Positions 7,001-8,705 of a DNA stretch of 8,705 nt are shown here, one piece after another. The notes under the pieces are model-generated. The model was given only the letters and a program-made list of their open reading frames with translations, had not been told where the DNA came from and did no database searches. Position 1 is the stretch's first letter; each line of letters opens with the position of its first letter. The DNA lies in NCBI RefSeq assembly GCF_006345805.1, contig NW_021828355.1, positions 1-8,705 of the forward strand. The letters are read 5' to 3'. The translations under genes and the position numbers were made by a program. The DNA comes from Octopus sinensis. Its lineage: Eukaryota.

Positions 7001-7823
7001 AGCACTCCGTCGGTTACGACGACGAGGGTTCCGGTTGATCCGAATCAACGGAACAGCCTGCTCGTGAAATTACCGTGTAAGTGGCTGAGCACTCCACAGA
7101 CACGTGCACCCTTAACGTAGTTCTCGGGGATATTCAGCGTGACACCAGAGTGACAAGGCCGGCCCCTTGAAATACAGGTACAACAGAAACAGGAAGTAAG
7201 AGTGAGAGATGTTGTGGTGAAAGAGTACAGCAGGGATCACCACAATCCCCTGCATGAGCACTCCGTCGGTTACGACGACGAGGGTTCCGGTTGATCCGAA
7301 TCAACGGAACAGCCTGCCCGTGAAATTACCGTGTAAGTGGCTGAGCACTCCACAGACACGTGCACCCTTAACGTAGTTCTCGGGATATTCAGCGTGACAC
7401 AGAGAGTGACAAGGCCGGCCCCTTGAAATACAGGTACAACAGAAACAGAAGTAAGAGTGAGAGAAAGTTGTGGTGAAAGAGTACAACAGGGGTCGCCACA
7501 ATCCCCTGCAGGAGCACTCCGTCGGTACGACTATGAGGGTTCCGGTTGATCCAAATCAACGGAACAGCCTGCTCGTGAAATTAACGTGTAAGTGGCTGAG
7601 CACTCCACAGACACATGCACCCTTAACGGAGTTCTCGGGGATATTCAGCGTGACACAGAGAGTGACAAGGCCGGACCTTTGAATTACAGGTACAACAGAA
7701 ACAGGAAGAAAGAGTGAGAGAAAGTTGTGGTGAAAGAGTACAACAGGGGTCGCCACCGACCCTTGCCGGAGACTCGTGGAGCTTTTAGGTGTTTTCGCTC
7801 AATAAACACTCAAAACGCCCGGT
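7001..7823 (-). repeat. Three tandem type B SINE tail units, 256 bp period, without tRNA heads
   Basis: gcactccgtcgg at 7002, 7258 and 7514. The third unit extends further into the core, up to acgcccggt. Confidence 0.92.
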
Positions 7824-8032
7824 ACAACAGGTACAACAGAAACAGGAAGTAAGAGTGAGAGAAAGTTGTGGTGAAAGAGTACAACAGGGATCACCACAAT
7901 CCCCTGCCGGAGCCTCGCGGAGCTTTTAGGTGTTTTCGCTCAATAAACACACACAACGCCCGGTCTGGGAATCGAAACCGCGATCCTCCGACCACGAATC
8001 CGCTGCCCTAACCACTGGGCCATTGCGCCTCC
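7821..8032 (-). mobile_element. SINE head and core (duplicated internal segment) serving the type B array
   Basis: ggtacaacagaaac restarts at 7821/7830. Head at 7957-8032 has A and B boxes. Confidence 0.85.
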
Positions 8033-8049
8033 ACATGTGTATATATATA

Positions 8050-8280
8050 TAGGCTGGCTCTTTGAAATACAGGTACAACAGAAACAGGAAGTAAGAGCGA
8101 GAGAAAGTTGTGGTGAAAGAGTACAACAGGGGTCGGTAGCCACCGACCCCTGCCGGAGCCTCGTGGAGCTTTTTAGGGCGTTTTCGCTCAATAAACAACA
8201 CACAACGCCCGGTCTGGGAATCGAACCGCGATCCTCCGACCACGAATCCGCTGCCCTAACCACTGGGCCACTGCGCCTCC
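8050..8280 (-). mobile_element. SINE with truncated type B tail ending in short (TA)n
   Basis: Head 8206-8280, with a canonical B box GGTTCGATTCC created by a 1-nt deletion. Tail stops at aggctggctctttgaaatacagg. Confidence 0.85.
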
Positions 8281-8578
8281 ACAAAATAAATTCGCCATTT
8301 CAAGCCTAGCCGGCTCATGGACCGGGTTTTCCCGGTTTCTGTGGCGTATGTGACCCCCACCCCAGCAGGACGGGACGTTACCCAAGAAACAGAAAGAGAG
8401 AGTGAGAGAAAGTTGTGGCAAATGAGTACAACAGGGGTCGCCACCACCCCCTGCCGGAGCCTCGTGGAGCTGTTAGGCGTTTTCGCTCAATAAACCACAC
8501 CACGCCCGGTCTGGGAATCGAAACCGCGATCCTCCGACCACGAGTCCGCTGCCCTAACCACTGGGCCATTGCGCCTCC
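8281..8578 (-). mobile_element. Full-length SINE, tail type A
   Basis: Head 8503-8578, core, type A tail ending ggcgaatttattttgt directly before the next head. Confidence 0.88.
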
Positions 8579-8594
8579 ACATGTTATATATATA

Positions 8595-8705
8595 TAGGCT
8601 GGCTCTTTGAAATACAGGTACAACAGAAACAGGAAGTAAGAGCGAGAGAAAGTTGTGGTGAAAGAGTACAACAGGGGTCGCCACCGACCCCTGCCGGAGC
8701 CTCGT
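8595..8705 (-). mobile_element. Second truncated type B SINE, cut by the window end
   Basis: Repeats 8050-8165, including diagnostic aggctggctcttt and gagcgagag. Confidence 0.82.

Noticed and set aside
7001-7770. Ribozyme-containing retrozyme monomers in the 256-bp units
   Set aside because: I found no hammerhead core on either strand by eye. Other ribozyme classes would need an Infernal search.
6618-8684. Many short ORFs in the SINE cluster (e.g. MATPVVL...)
   Set aside because: They recur only because the GC-rich SINE sequence is repeated; no protein motifs are recognisable.

Overview
Repeat-saturated, non-genic eukaryotic DNA; I found no host gene. The repeat families resemble those I recall from coleoid cephalopods (octopus), but that is recall, not a search result. 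Left to right: (TA)n; a 5'-truncated, disabled + strand CR1-group LINE (ORF1 tail, APE endonuclease, RT core, AAAATC tail; 104-3117); three ~170-200 bp units separated by (TA)n (3185-3912); a short - strand CR1 3' end (4160-4544) fused to a second - strand CR1 fragment whose last ~120 bp are amplified six times (4545-5813); and a - strand cluster of tRNA-derived SINEs with one shared head, three different tails and several levels of tandem duplication (5979-8705). The best candidate for something new is in the TA-spaced units. They fold into a minimal type I hammerhead ribozyme of the Penelope pLTR kind, but with the core C3-G8 pair swapped to G3-C8 (GUGAACA instead of CUGANGA), which standard motif searches would miss. 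Cleavage activity is untested.
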